Assembly: GCA_041299015.1 (NCBI GenBank)
Contig: JBFYWB010000054.1
Coordinates: 2,526-66,525 of the forward strand
Reading direction: 5' to 3'
DNA from: Deltaproteobacteria bacterium
Lineage (GTDB): Bacteria; Desulfobacterota; Desulfobacteria; Desulfobacterales; SG8-13
DNA length: 64,000 bases
Part shown: positions 1-8,695 of the stretch, piece after piece
Layout of the letters: every line of letters begins with the position of its first letter
How positions within the stretch are numbered: the stretch's first letter is position 1
The notes under the pieces: model-generated
The model's input: the letters and a program-made list of their open reading frames with translations, nothing else
Told to the model about the DNA's origin: nothing
Databases searched by the model: none
Translations under genes and position numbers: made by a program

Positions 1-1483
1 GCGGTTTGTCGATTCGTTGCGGAATGTATGCCACTGCAACCAGTTGATCCGGCGCCTCGGCTGGCGCTGGTTCTTCGACAATAGAGGGGGGCGCCGACCG
101 AAATTGAGGCCCTTCCGTATTTGCAATTTCCGAATGGACGGCAACCTGTGGTTTTTTTTCTTCCGGCAGGGGAATGCGCAGATTCTGGTTGACGCAGATT
201 GAGGCCCTTTTATCCAGGTCGTTGGCGGCGATCAAATCCGTCAGGCGAATGCCGTACAATCTGGCGATATCACCGGCGGTATCACCACGGCGTACGGTGT
301 AGAGTCGACCATGTTTCTGATCATTTCGGAATACCTCCGGCGGCAGATCGGCCATGAGGCTTGCCCAATTCCGCTCCTCGTCTGTCGGTAGTCGCAGCCG
401 GTATCCCTTCGGGACATATTTCTGTCCGGTAATGACCGGTGGTCGCAGGGCCGGGTTGAGTGTGTGCAACGTGTCTATATCAACGGCCAATTGCTGGGCC
501 AGTTGCGGTAACGATGCAAAACCGGAGAGTTTTACTTCGGTGGACCTCAGCGGGGTATTCAATTCGAGGTCTCCGAAATAGAGGCGGTAGTTTTTGGCCA
601 CATCCCGCGCCGCTATAAATTCGGAATAGAAATTTCGCGAAGCAAATTTGAAAATGCGGCTTTGGTAGCTTTTAAAGACCGCCGCGTAATCTCCCGTCTC
701 CCGCTGAGCGCGCAGCATTCCAGTGACCCCATGGTTGTAAGCGGTGATGGCCATCGGCCAGTCCCCGAGCTTTTCGCGGTTGCTTTTCAGCAGACGGGCC
801 GCCGCATAGGACGAGCGTATGGGGTCGCGGCGTTCGTCGATGGTGTAATCGATCGTCATGTATTGCTTGCCGGTGGAACGGGTAAATTGCCAGATACCGG
901 CTGCGCCGAATTTGCTGTAGGCATCGGGATTAAAGGAGGATTCCACATGCGGCAGGTAGGCGAAATCGACGGGCAGTCCATGTTCCTGAAACACTTGCTT
1001 GATTTCGTTTAAATAAGCGCCTGATCGAATCAGTCCTTCACGAAACCGGTCTTTCTGACCGACCTGGCAGCGGACCCGATGTGCGGCGCGTTGAAAGTCC
1101 GCCGGCTCTGCATTCGGGCCGAAGAGGTTCGCCACCCGCTGCTCTTCCGGACTGGACGGCGGCTCCCCGCGCGCCAGCTTCAGGAGCAGGGCTTGATAGG
1201 TTTTCTTGGCGGCTTCGATACGTTCCTGACCGATCTTGCCGGCGCCGGGCCTGTCCTGATTGTCCAATTCGACGACGTCGTAAACGATATCGAGGTGTTG
1301 GTTGTCGTGAATGATTCCCTGCCGAGAGAGATATTCGGAATAGACTTTTTTCCAGAAGTCCACATTGGGCCGAATGCATTGCGGTACAGGAAAAGGATCG
1401 GCTACGGATTCGGCGCCGAGGCAGAAACTCGGGCAAAGGGATAGGGCCGTCATCAGGCAACAGGTTATGAAAAGCTTCTTCAT
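1..1483 (-). CDS. mltD: Membrane-bound lytic murein transglycosylase D-like protein (SLT domain plus C-terminal LysM repeats). It runs off the 5' edge of the window and is absent from the ORF track.
   Basis: Reverse translation from ATG (cat at 1481-1483) gives MKKLFITCCLMTALSLCPSFCLG (signal). It also gives an SLT catalytic region, LPHVESSFNPDAYSKFGAAGIWQF, and a LysM repeat, YTVRRGDTAGDIARLYGIRLTDLIAANDL. The frame stays open to position 1. Confidence 0.85.
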   Translation of the reverse strand, partial: MKKLFITCCLMTALSLCPSFCLGAESVADPFPVPQCIRPNVDFWKKVYSEYLSRQGIIHDNQHLDIVYDVVELDNQDRPGAGKIGQERIEAAKKTYQALLLKLARGEPPSSPEEQRVANLFGPNAEPADFQRAAHRVRCQVGQKDRFREGLIRSGAYLNEIKQVFQEHGLPVDFAYLPHVESSFNPDAYSKFGAAGIWQFTRSTGKQYMTIDYTIDERRDPIRSSYAAARLLKSNREKLGDWPMAITAYNHGVTGMLRAQRETGDYAAVFKSYQSRIFKFASRNFYSEFIAARDVAKNYRLYFGDLELNTPLRSTEVKLSGFASLPQLAQQLAVDIDTLHTLNPALRPPVITGQKYVPKGYRLRLPTDEERNWASLMADLPPEVFRNDQKHGRLYTVRRGDTAGDIARLYGIRLTDLIAANDLDKRASICVNQNLRIPLPEEKKPQVAVHSEIANTEGPQFRSAPPSIVEEPAPAEAPDQLVAVAYIPQRIDKP

Positions 1484-1807
1484 TTTTTAAAACGATCTAC
1501 TCGGGCGATACAATCAGCATTGACAGGAAGAACTGTACGTTAATCCGCTGTCGGATCATGTCGCGCATCAATTTTTACAGTTTCGACGTGTTGGGTGGAA
1601 GGATATGAATATTTCAAGTGGAAAAGGTTTTTGCAAGAATCAGACCATGCTTCGAATTAAAGTAAACGCCGTTATTTTAGCCGATTATGATCGCAGACGG
1701 GCACCCGATCCAATATTTTTGACGAATACCGTCAAATTGGCGACACCGATTATCGACAACCCTGGAACAGCGGGACCCCAGCGGTATGGCCTGAGTTCAT
1801 TGTCGCA

Positions 1808-2380
1808 TTAATCTTTCACCCGCGACATGAACCGGCCTGTTTCGATGTTGATGCGCACAATCTCTCCGGGGGCGAGGTATTCGGGGACCAGCACCGTTAC
1901 CCCGTTTGTTAAAACAGCCGGTTTGTTGCGGTTGGTGGCGGTCGCCCCCTTGATGACCGGTGCGGTTTCGGCGATGGCAAGGTCCACGGATGGCGGCAGT
2001 TCGATGGCGATGATTGCACCGTTGAGCAGCAGTGCGGTAATGCCCTCGAGCCCTTCGCTCAGCCACTGAGTTTGCTTCCCCAGGAGTTCTTCGCCCAAGC
2101 TGTACTGCTCGTAGTTATCCGTGTCCATGAAGGTGAAGAAATCCCGGTCCCGGTAGAGGAAGTCAACCGGACGCCGTTCCAGTTCCGCCTCATCCAGCGT
2201 ATCGTTTCCCTTGAACGATTGCTCGAACTTTTGACCGGATGGGATGGCGGCAAAGCGGATTTTGTAAAGCGTATTGGCACCGCGGGCGGATGGGGTCTGG
2301 ACATCGATCTGTTTGGCCTGGTAGGCGTGGCCGTTGACCAGGACGATGTTACCTTTCTTGAGATTGGAAGCTTTCAACAA
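1808..2380 (-). CDS. yeiP: Elongation factor P-like protein EfpL/YeiP
   Basis: 190 aa. IDVQTPSARGANTLYKIRF and NRNKPAVLTNGVTVLVPEYLAPGEIVRINIETGRFMSRV closely parallel E. coli YeiP (IDIQSPTARGAATLYKMRF ... [32 protein letters not shown]). TTG start with GAGGAA upstream. Confidence 0.9.
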   Translation of the reverse strand: MLKASNLKKGNIVLVNGHAYQAKQIDVQTPSARGANTLYKIRFAAIPSGQKFEQSFKGNDTLDEAELERRPVDFLYRDRDFFTFMDTDNYEQYSLGEELLGKQTQWLSEGLEGITALLLNGAIIAIELPPSVDLAIAETAPVIKGATATNRNKPAVLTNGVTVLVPEYLAPGEIVRINIETGRFMSRVKD

Positions 2381-2650
2381 AAAATCGATTCCTCGATTGG
2401 TCCTTCTCTGGGGCAGGCACTGCGGCGGCGGGGCGTCTGTGCCGGTTGCTGCCGCAGGTGTTTTAACCAGCAGCTACCACGAATGGCGGCGTTCGTCAAA
2501 CCTTAGCGAAAACAGTTGGTAGGCGGGAGTCGACTGTGTTACTGTGACGCCCCTTCCCCTGCCGGCGGCGATTATAACCGCGCGACCGGGGTTCCGGGGC
2601 ATCCTAAATGAATGCGGCGCCATGCGGCTCCTGTGTGAGAGGAATTCGGA

Positions 2651-4384
2651 ATGGGTTCGCTTGATATCCGGTTGCGATACACACTGCGGTTGGTGAGAAC
2701 CGAGTCCGGAACCGGTTACTTCGCCTGCTTTCCCGAGGAAGATCTCGATTTCGACACCTGCCTGGGCCATGCGCGGTCGCATCCCAACGATGAGTTCATG
2801 CGCAAACACCTGCTGCGGCTGATCAACGCGTGGGGCAAGGTCGAATTGAAGCAGGCCATCCAGGCCGCCGACCCTTCCGATCGCTTCCTGCCGGCGCTGT
2901 TTTTCGAGGCCTGCCTGCTTAACCGGGAGTTCGCCGTCCTGAAGCGTCTTTTCGATCCCGGTGTGGTGAATCAGCTGGCCCAATATACACCGCTTGTTTT
3001 TATCGGGTCCGCTCTCCTTGCGGACAGGAGGTGCCACGAGGAGTGGATCCGGCTATTTCGGAAAAATATCTTTGCGCACTGTGAACTTCCGGCACCGGAA
3101 GACGTGAAGCTGGCGCCACCGTTTCCCGAGAGGTTGATCTCAAAGGCCAGGGATTTGAAGCGGACGCTGCGGGAGGCGTTCGATCGGATGCCGGCCGACA
3201 CGCGCCAGCCGACCGCTTCGTCGCCGGGTGCCGTTGAAACGGCCGCCATGGCGCTCGACCGGCTGGCGCGGGCCGGCATTGTTGTAGGACCTGAAATGCG
3301 GCACGAGTCCTCTCTCAGTCCGATTGCTCTGCTGCGGCGGTGGGAAATGAAGACGACCGTGCGCAATGAGCGCCACCGCTACCGTTTTGAAGGGGCCCAA
3401 ACCGCCTACGGCCGGGGGCTCGACCTCGAGTCAGCCCGTGCGGCTTGTGCCATGGAGATCGTGGAACGCTGCTCGGCCTACGCCAATTTTGTTCCCGGCG
3501 GGATAATCGGGTATCGTAAAGCGTATCCCCTACTGCATGCTTGCGCCTCGGATCTGTCGCGGCAGCACGTCGCCCACCTCGATCTCAACCGGTTGACCCT
3601 CGAAGCGCCTTATGCAGATGCGCCTCTTTATTGGATCGAGGGAGAAGAAGCGGACGGCAATCGGTCGCGTTCGGTATTCGTGCCGGCACAATGCGTTTTT
3701 CTCTTCTGCAATCTGGATGAGCGCAAACTCTTTTCCGCGCTGGGGTCCACCGGTCTGGGCGCCGGCAGTTCTCTGGAGGCGGCCAAATTGAGTGCTCTGC
3801 TTGAGGTCATCGAACGCGACAGCGAAAGCGTCATGCCTTTTTCGCCGGAGCGCTGTTTCGAAGTTGAGTCGGAGGATCCCGCCCTGGCCGCGCTTCTGTT
3901 CAGTTATGACCGGCAGGGCATCCGGATCCAATTCCAGGATATCACCACGCCGATCGGCGTGCCGTGCTGCAAGTGTTTCGTCGTTTCCGGAGAGGGGCAA
4001 ATCGTAAAGGCGACCGGCGCCCACCTCAATGCACGCCGCGCACTGCTGGCCGCCATGACCGAGACACCGTATCCTTATCCCGGGGGGTCGCCCTCACAAC
4101 CGGCCATGCAGGGGCTCTTGCGGGTGCCGCTGGAAAAACTGCCGGATTATTCGAGCAGTAATGCCGCCAGGGATCTGCACCTGCTCGAAACTCTACTGGA
4201 TTCAAACGGCTTCCGACCCATCTATATCGATCTGACCCGCAAAGACCTCGACATTCCGGTTGTTCGGGCGATCGTGCCCGGTATGGAATTAATGGGTGAT
4301 TTCGACCGGTTTTCGCGGGTCAATCCACGGCTCTTTGCCAATTACGTCGACATGTTCCTGAGGGTTGATCCGGCGGCCGGATGA
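2651..4384 (+). CDS. YcaO-domain protein with an unassigned N-terminal extension of about 190 aa
   Basis: 577 aa. YcaO-type motifs YGRGLDLESARAACAMEIVERCSAY and GSSLEAAKLSALLEVIERDSE. ATG preceded by GAGAGGA. Confidence 0.8.
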   Translation: MGSLDIRLRYTLRLVRTESGTGYFACFPEEDLDFDTCLGHARSHPNDEFMRKHLLRLINAWGKVELKQAIQAADPSDRFLPALFFEACLLNREFAVLKRLFDPGVVNQLAQYTPLVFIGSALLADRRCHEEWIRLFRKNIFAHCELPAPEDVKLAPPFPERLISKARDLKRTLREAFDRMPADTRQPTASSPGAVETAAMALDRLARAGIVVGPEMRHESSLSPIALLRRWEMKTTVRNERHRYRFEGAQTAYGRGLDLESARAACAMEIVERCSAYANFVPGGIIGYRKAYPLLHACASDLSRQHVAHLDLNRLTLEAPYADAPLYWIEGEEADGNRSRSVFVPAQCVFLFCNLDERKLFSALGSTGLGAGSSLEAAKLSALLEVIERDSESVMPFSPERCFEVESEDPALAALLFSYDRQGIRIQFQDITTPIGVPCCKCFVVSGEGQIVKATGAHLNARRALLAAMTETPYPYPGGSPSQPAMQGLLRVPLEKLPDYSSSNAARDLHLLETLLDSNGFRPIYIDLTRKDLDIPVVRAIVPGMELMGDFDRFSRVNPRLFANYVDMFLRVDPAAG

Positions 4385-4398
4385 AGGTTCGATCGCGG

Positions 4399-4899
4399 TT
4401 ATTTATAGAGCTTATGGATGCAGGTTTCAAAGATTCTGACGATGTTGAAGAGCGCCAACCGCAAAAACCAATCATAGCACGGATGCTCGGGAAACTTCGG
4501 AATGGTATACTTTTCTCGGTTTTGCGCCAAGGCCCGAAACCCGAATTCTCCGATGTTCCACATCAGGGTTTCGTATGCCGCGGCATTGAGATCGCGGGCC
4601 CAAACCGTGCGTTTGTCGGTGGCCAGCGACTCCCGATAGTCTTCTGAAAAAACAGGCCCATCTGAAGCTTCGGCTTGATTTTCAAGGTTGAATTCACAAC
4701 TGTAGATCAGGGTAATTCCCAAGATGGCACCGTGCATGCGCAGCTGCCAAGTGGCGTCGATGTCCGCTCGGGGCAGGGGATACGCACCGGTTTCGAGATG
4801 GATCAAGCTTGAAATGGCACCGAATTCACCTGCATAACGCAGCAAAAGGGTCAGGGAATCTTCGTCGATCGTCTCGATCCACTTCTTCAATTTGGGCAT
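4399..4899 (-). CDS. Hypothetical protein (166 aa), downstream of the GEMM-I-like leader
   Basis: Clean ORF starting MPKLKKWIETIDEDSL. I recognise no family. It is the first gene downstream of the promoter, riboswitch and terminator at 5037-5210. Confidence 0.55.
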   Translation of the reverse strand: MPKLKKWIETIDEDSLTLLLRYAGEFGAISSLIHLETGAYPLPRADIDATWQLRMHGAILGITLIYSCEFNLENQAEASDGPVFSEDYRESLATDKRTVWARDLNAAAYETLMWNIGEFGFRALAQNREKYTIPKFPEHPCYDWFLRLALFNIVRIFETCIHKLYK

Positions 4900-5036
4900 C
4901 GGCCCCCCTGCAGTAAGGACGACATTCCATTTTACCGGTCCATGAGATTCACCTGAAAAAAAGACCGGTTTTCACATCGGCGTCACATTCACGGTGCACT
5001 CGACCGGAGAGCCCTTTGGGCCAGCCTCCCGCGTCA

Positions 5037-5073
5037 AAGAAAAACCGGGCTTCCTTCATGAGGCAACCCGGCG
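5037..5073 (-). terminator. Intrinsic terminator; candidate expression platform of the riboswitch
   Basis: Minus-strand RNA GCCGGGUUGCCUCAUGAAGGAAGCCCGGUUUUUCUUU: a 7-bp stem CCGGGUU/AAGCCCGG followed by a U-tract. The 5' arm GCCGGGUUGCC is an exact repeat of the 3' segment of the aptamer. Confidence 0.55.
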
Positions 5074-5082
5074 TTCGTGGTG

Positions 5083-5166
5083 TTCCCCGGCAACCCGGCT
5101 GTCTTCATAAGATCCGTGGCTTTCCGTCCCTGCCTCACGACAGGTTTGGCCCTCTTGCGGGAAGTA
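5083..5166 (-). promoter_or_regulatory. GEMM-I (c-di-GMP-I class) riboswitch aptamer candidate
   Basis: Minus-strand RNA CUUCCCGCAAGAGGGCCAAACCUGUCGUGAGGCAGGGACGGAAAGCCACGGAUCUUAUGAAGACAGCCGGGUUGCCGGGGAAC. It aligns with V. cholerae Vc2 CGCACAGGGCAAACC-[hairpin GAAA]-GGGACGCAAAGCC-[P2]-GGGG. A GNRA (GUGA) loop caps P1, and the closing helix is UUCCC/GGGAA. Confidence 0.7.
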
Positions 5167-5181
5167 ACTTATTTAAAAAAA

Positions 5182-5210
5182 TTATACGATGGTGTGTCTG
5201 GTTTGTCAAA
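5182..5210 (-). promoter_or_regulatory. Consensus sigma-70 promoter (TTGACA-17-TATAAT)
   Basis: Minus strand reads TTGACAaaccagacacaccatcgTATAAT. The -35 is at 5205-5210, the -10 at 5182-5187, and the spacer is 17 nt. It lies immediately after the hisHF stop and 5' of the aptamer. Confidence 0.6.
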
Positions 5211-5213
5211 TTT

Positions 5214-6785
5214 TCAGAGCCGGATGTCAACTTTGCCCTGCAGGAATTTCTTGACAGCGCCAATCGGTACTTCACGGCGGTGAAAGATGCCCGCCGCAAG
5301 GGCCGATTCGGCCTCGGTTCTGGTAAAAACCTCGAGAAAATGCTCCGTGCGACCGGCTCCGCTGGAGGCGATAACCGGAATCGAGACTGCTTTCTTGACC
5401 GCATTGATCAGCTCGATGTCGAATCCAAGCCGGGTGCCGTCTCGATCGATGCAGTTCAACAGGATTTCACCGGCTCCCAGATTTTCACAGGCCTGCGCGA
5501 GGGTCACGGCGTCCACATCCCGTCCTTCCCGGCCGCCTTTGATGGTGCATTGGTACCAGCAATAGCGTTCACCCCTGGGCGACGGCAGGCTTGTTTGAAT
5601 GACCGGGTGTCTGACCGCATCCGGGGATGAGACATATACCCTGCGCGGGTCGATGGAGACGACGACCGCTTGGTTGCCGTAAACGCGGGCAATCTCTTCG
5701 ATGGCGCTGCGCCCGGATTTAACGCCGGTCTTCAGATATTCTTCCACGACCACGACCGCGTCACTGCCGATGGAGACCTTGTCGGCCCCGGAGCGGAAAT
5801 ACTCCGCCGCAACCTCGAGCGCTGTGTAGGGGCGCCCGTTCGTGTCCGTATAGTTTCTGATGCCGCCCCCGATGGTCAGCGGCACGAAAACGTTTCGTGA
5901 GGTCTGTTTCAGCACCTCGAGCATCGGCATGTCTTCTAAAGGGAAATCCCTGAACCCGGTGATGTTGAGGAAAGTGATCTCGTCGGCGCCTTCCTCATAG
6001 TAGCGACCGGCCAGTTCGACCGGCCGACCGAGATTGCGGACGGCACCCTCTTCGCGCACATCGTACCGGTCACCCTTAGTGACCACAAGATCGCCCTGAT
6101 CGTTTGAACGGACATCCAGGCAGGCGATAATCCGCTTGGCCAGGCGGGTCTGATGTGAGGATTGAGCGGGAAGCGACGGGCGCGAATCGTTTTTTAAAAA
6201 GTTACCAAGGAGGCGCAGTCCGGCGCGGCCGCTCTTTTCCGGATGAAACTGGGTGGCGACGATGTTCCCCTTTTGAATTCCGCTGACAAACCGGTGGCCG
6301 TAATCGGTGGTGGTCAGGACGACCGATGTGTCCCGCGGCGCGACGTAAAAAGAGTGGACGAAATAGAATTTTTCGTTGCCCGCGAGTCCATCAAAAATCG
6401 GCGATGGTTGGTTGATGATCAGGCCGTTCCAGCCGATGTGCGGAACGGCCAGATCGAGGGTGAACCGTTTCACCACCCCCGGAATGACCGCCAAGCCTTC
6501 GCAACCAGGAGCCTCCTGACTGGTTTCGAAGAGTGCCTGCAAGCCCAGGCAGATCCCCAGAAAGGGTCGCTGTGAATTAAGATAGGCTTTCAGCGGTTCC
6601 ACGAGGCCCTTGCTGTGCAGGATATGCATCATGTTGCCGAAAGCCCCCACCCCCGGGAATACCAATTTTTCGGCCGCAAGAATGTCAGCGCCCGTTGAGA
6701 CGATTTTGACCGTTTGCCCCAGGCTTTCAATGGCGTTAATGACGCTGCGAACGTTGCCGGCGCCGTAATCGAGCAGTGTTATCAT
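5214..6785 (-). CDS. hisHF: Imidazole glycerol phosphate synthase as a single-chain HisH-HisF fusion (HIS7-like architecture)
   Basis: 523 aa. The N-terminal amidotransferase has MITLLDYGAGNVRSV, GICLGLQ (Cys nucleophile) and FHPEKS. The C-terminal cyclase has ACLDVR, GADKVSIGS, GAGEILLNCIDRDGT and ASSGAG. Confidence 0.9.
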   Translation of the reverse strand: MITLLDYGAGNVRSVINAIESLGQTVKIVSTGADILAAEKLVFPGVGAFGNMMHILHSKGLVEPLKAYLNSQRPFLGICLGLQALFETSQEAPGCEGLAVIPGVVKRFTLDLAVPHIGWNGLIINQPSPIFDGLAGNEKFYFVHSFYVAPRDTSVVLTTTDYGHRFVSGIQKGNIVATQFHPEKSGRAGLRLLGNFLKNDSRPSLPAQSSHQTRLAKRIIACLDVRSNDQGDLVVTKGDRYDVREEGAVRNLGRPVELAGRYYEEGADEITFLNITGFRDFPLEDMPMLEVLKQTSRNVFVPLTIGGGIRNYTDTNGRPYTALEVAAEYFRSGADKVSIGSDAVVVVEEYLKTGVKSGRSAIEEIARVYGNQAVVVSIDPRRVYVSSPDAVRHPVIQTSLPSPRGERYCWYQCTIKGGREGRDVDAVTLAQACENLGAGEILLNCIDRDGTRLGFDIELINAVKKAVSIPVIASSGAGRTEHFLEVFTRTEAESALAAGIFHRREVPIGAVKKFLQGKVDIRL

Positions 6786-7169
6786 ATGAAGTTACCCTTT
6801 AAGGCCACCATCTTGAGAACCAGAATCGCCGCTTCAAACGGCTCGGCAAAGCCGCCGGCACCACACCAAAATGACATCAAAACCAGTTTTGGTCAATCTC
6901 TTGGATAAAACCGCTCAAGAGGCCCGTTTGAGACCGTTGTCAGCTCCGTTTTGGGTTTGTCCAGCCGCGCGGTTATGGTCTTGCGCGTTTTCTCATGATT
7001 GGGCACGGGTCGATGGAAGAGGCCGGCTTTCGGAAAACCGCCATGTCGCGCGCGTACCGGTTGCCAATTCAAAACGAGGCTGCAATTGAGCCGTTACGGC
7101 AATTGTGTTATGAATCTTTTTGATCGGTTTTAATAGAGTCAGTTTAACTTTTTAATTGGCGGCCCTGCC

Positions 7170-8639
7170 GTGACGGTCGACGCCTTTATCTGCCGGTGTA
7201 TCAGCGATACCCTCGATGGGTTGCGCGGCGGATTGTCCCTCTTTTCCGGCCCAAGCCGCGCCGCCGTGATATTCACCATTACACCCGACGCCCCGGTCCT
7301 TGTCTGTGATCCCCAAAACCTCCTGCGGGGTCACGAGCCCAGATTCAAAGAACTTTACCTGGACAGCGATCAGTGGCGCCGCAACATCTCCATCAGCAGG
7401 GACAAAAACAGGTTTAGCTACATACTGCCGGAAAAAAACCTTCAACTGGCTGGTCTCATATCCTGCGGCGGACGCTCCAGTTCGGTGTTTTTCCAAATGT
7501 GGTTCACCGATCACCATCCGGACATGTGTTCCATCGGGCCGACCGAGCGCTGGCTGGAACACGCGGCCTGGCGTTTTTCCCACGATATGGCCAACGATAA
7601 AGAACTATATACCGGGATATCGGGCAATTTCCTGCGCGAATTCGCCAGCCACGCTGTGCACGACTACATCGTCGACCGGATGAATGTCATCTTGGGGTGG
7701 GACAGCCAGCTGCGGATTTACCCGGTTCTTGAAGCGGTGCTCGGGATTTCGCGGACGCGTGAAGAACAGAAGATGCCCAGAGGTGAACTGGTATTCGTGG
7801 AACGACCGCTGTTGGGAAGCATCGACTATCTGGCACGATTTCCGGAATTGGAGCAACCCTTGCTCGACAACTTCAAGCATGTCCGTAAGATGCTCCAGGC
7901 GGTGGAAGATTCCGGTCGTCAACTCGTTTCAGATGGAAAGAGCATCGTCGGCATTATCGCCGGCGGCAGGCTGCCGCCTTTTTCGGTCACGGCAGATTTC
8001 AGAGGCGGTTTCGGCTTCCTCAGAATCAATGCGGAAGAGGTGTGCAGCTTTTCCGACGGCAGCTTCAAATCAACCACCCGCAAGGCCAAGCTGGTTCAAT
8101 TGGAGGAGGCCCTGCTCGAAGCAAAACTCGACCCCCAGATCGGCAACCATCTGTTTAAAACAACGGCCGCCTTGGTCCATGCCGCCGAAGAGTCGAAATC
8201 CGGTTGTACACTGGTCATCGACCTCAACGATAAACCGGTTGTCATCTCCGGTCAGAAACTGGCCGAGCCGCTCGATCTCCAGCAACCACACATACTGGAA
8301 CTGGCGAAATCGCTGTCCAAAGTGGACGGCGCCCTTCACATCGGTAAGGACCTGCATCTGCACGGATTTGCATGTCTGCTCGATGGTCGGGCGATACCGG
8401 GAGAGGATCGCGCGCGTGGGGCACGGTTCAACTCGGCCTTGCGGTTTACGGCCGAGCGGCCGGACCTCCTTGTGGTGGTGGTGTCGGTCGATCGGCCGGT
8501 TGCCGTTATCCAGGAAGGGGTTGAAGTCAGCGCCCAGTGCCAGTGGGTGCCCCTCACGAGTTGTCTATTCCGCCCATTGGCTCTCGATGCCTGGATTGGC
8601 GGGAATAAATCCGGAATTCTTCTTTCAGGAGCGGCCTGA
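7170..8639 (+). CDS. Protein with a C-terminal DisA_N/diadenylate-cyclase-like domain (degenerate RHR motif)
   Basis: 489 aa. The C-terminus reads VDGALHI ... LDGRAIPGEDRARGARFNSALRF ... LLVVVVSVDRPVAVIQEG. This follows the DAC pattern DGA(V/I)I ... GTRHRAA ... VVSEETG.IS, but RHR is replaced by RFN. GTG start is uncertain. Confidence 0.5.
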   Translation: MTVDAFICRCISDTLDGLRGGLSLFSGPSRAAVIFTITPDAPVLVCDPQNLLRGHEPRFKELYLDSDQWRRNISISRDKNRFSYILPEKNLQLAGLISCGGRSSSVFFQMWFTDHHPDMCSIGPTERWLEHAAWRFSHDMANDKELYTGISGNFLREFASHAVHDYIVDRMNVILGWDSQLRIYPVLEAVLGISRTREEQKMPRGELVFVERPLLGSIDYLARFPELEQPLLDNFKHVRKMLQAVEDSGRQLVSDGKSIVGIIAGGRLPPFSVTADFRGGFGFLRINAEEVCSFSDGSFKSTTRKAKLVQLEEALLEAKLDPQIGNHLFKTTAALVHAAEESKSGCTLVIDLNDKPVVISGQKLAEPLDLQQPHILELAKSLSKVDGALHIGKDLHLHGFACLLDGRAIPGEDRARGARFNSALRFTAERPDLLVVVVSVDRPVAVIQEGVEVSAQCQWVPLTSCLFRPLALDAWIGGNKSGILLSGAA

Positions 8640-8695
8640 AGCTTCCGGGTGCTCGGTGGGGCATACCCGCGCAGGTTTCATATCCGATCGAAACC

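Noticed and set aside
2607-2663. 18-codon ORF MNAAPCGSCVRGIRNGFA overlapping the YcaO start, considered as a possible Cys/Ser-containing precursor peptide
   Set aside because: It has no Shine-Dalgarno sequence and no leader-like region. It is very short and overlaps the RBS and start of ycaO in another frame, so it is most likely a coincidence.
6830-6860. Second GEMM-like motif (CGGCAAAGCCGCCGG) in the hisHF upstream region
   Set aside because: It lacks the GGCAAACC element, the intervening GNRA hairpin and any P2 helix. Only the AAAGCC core matches.
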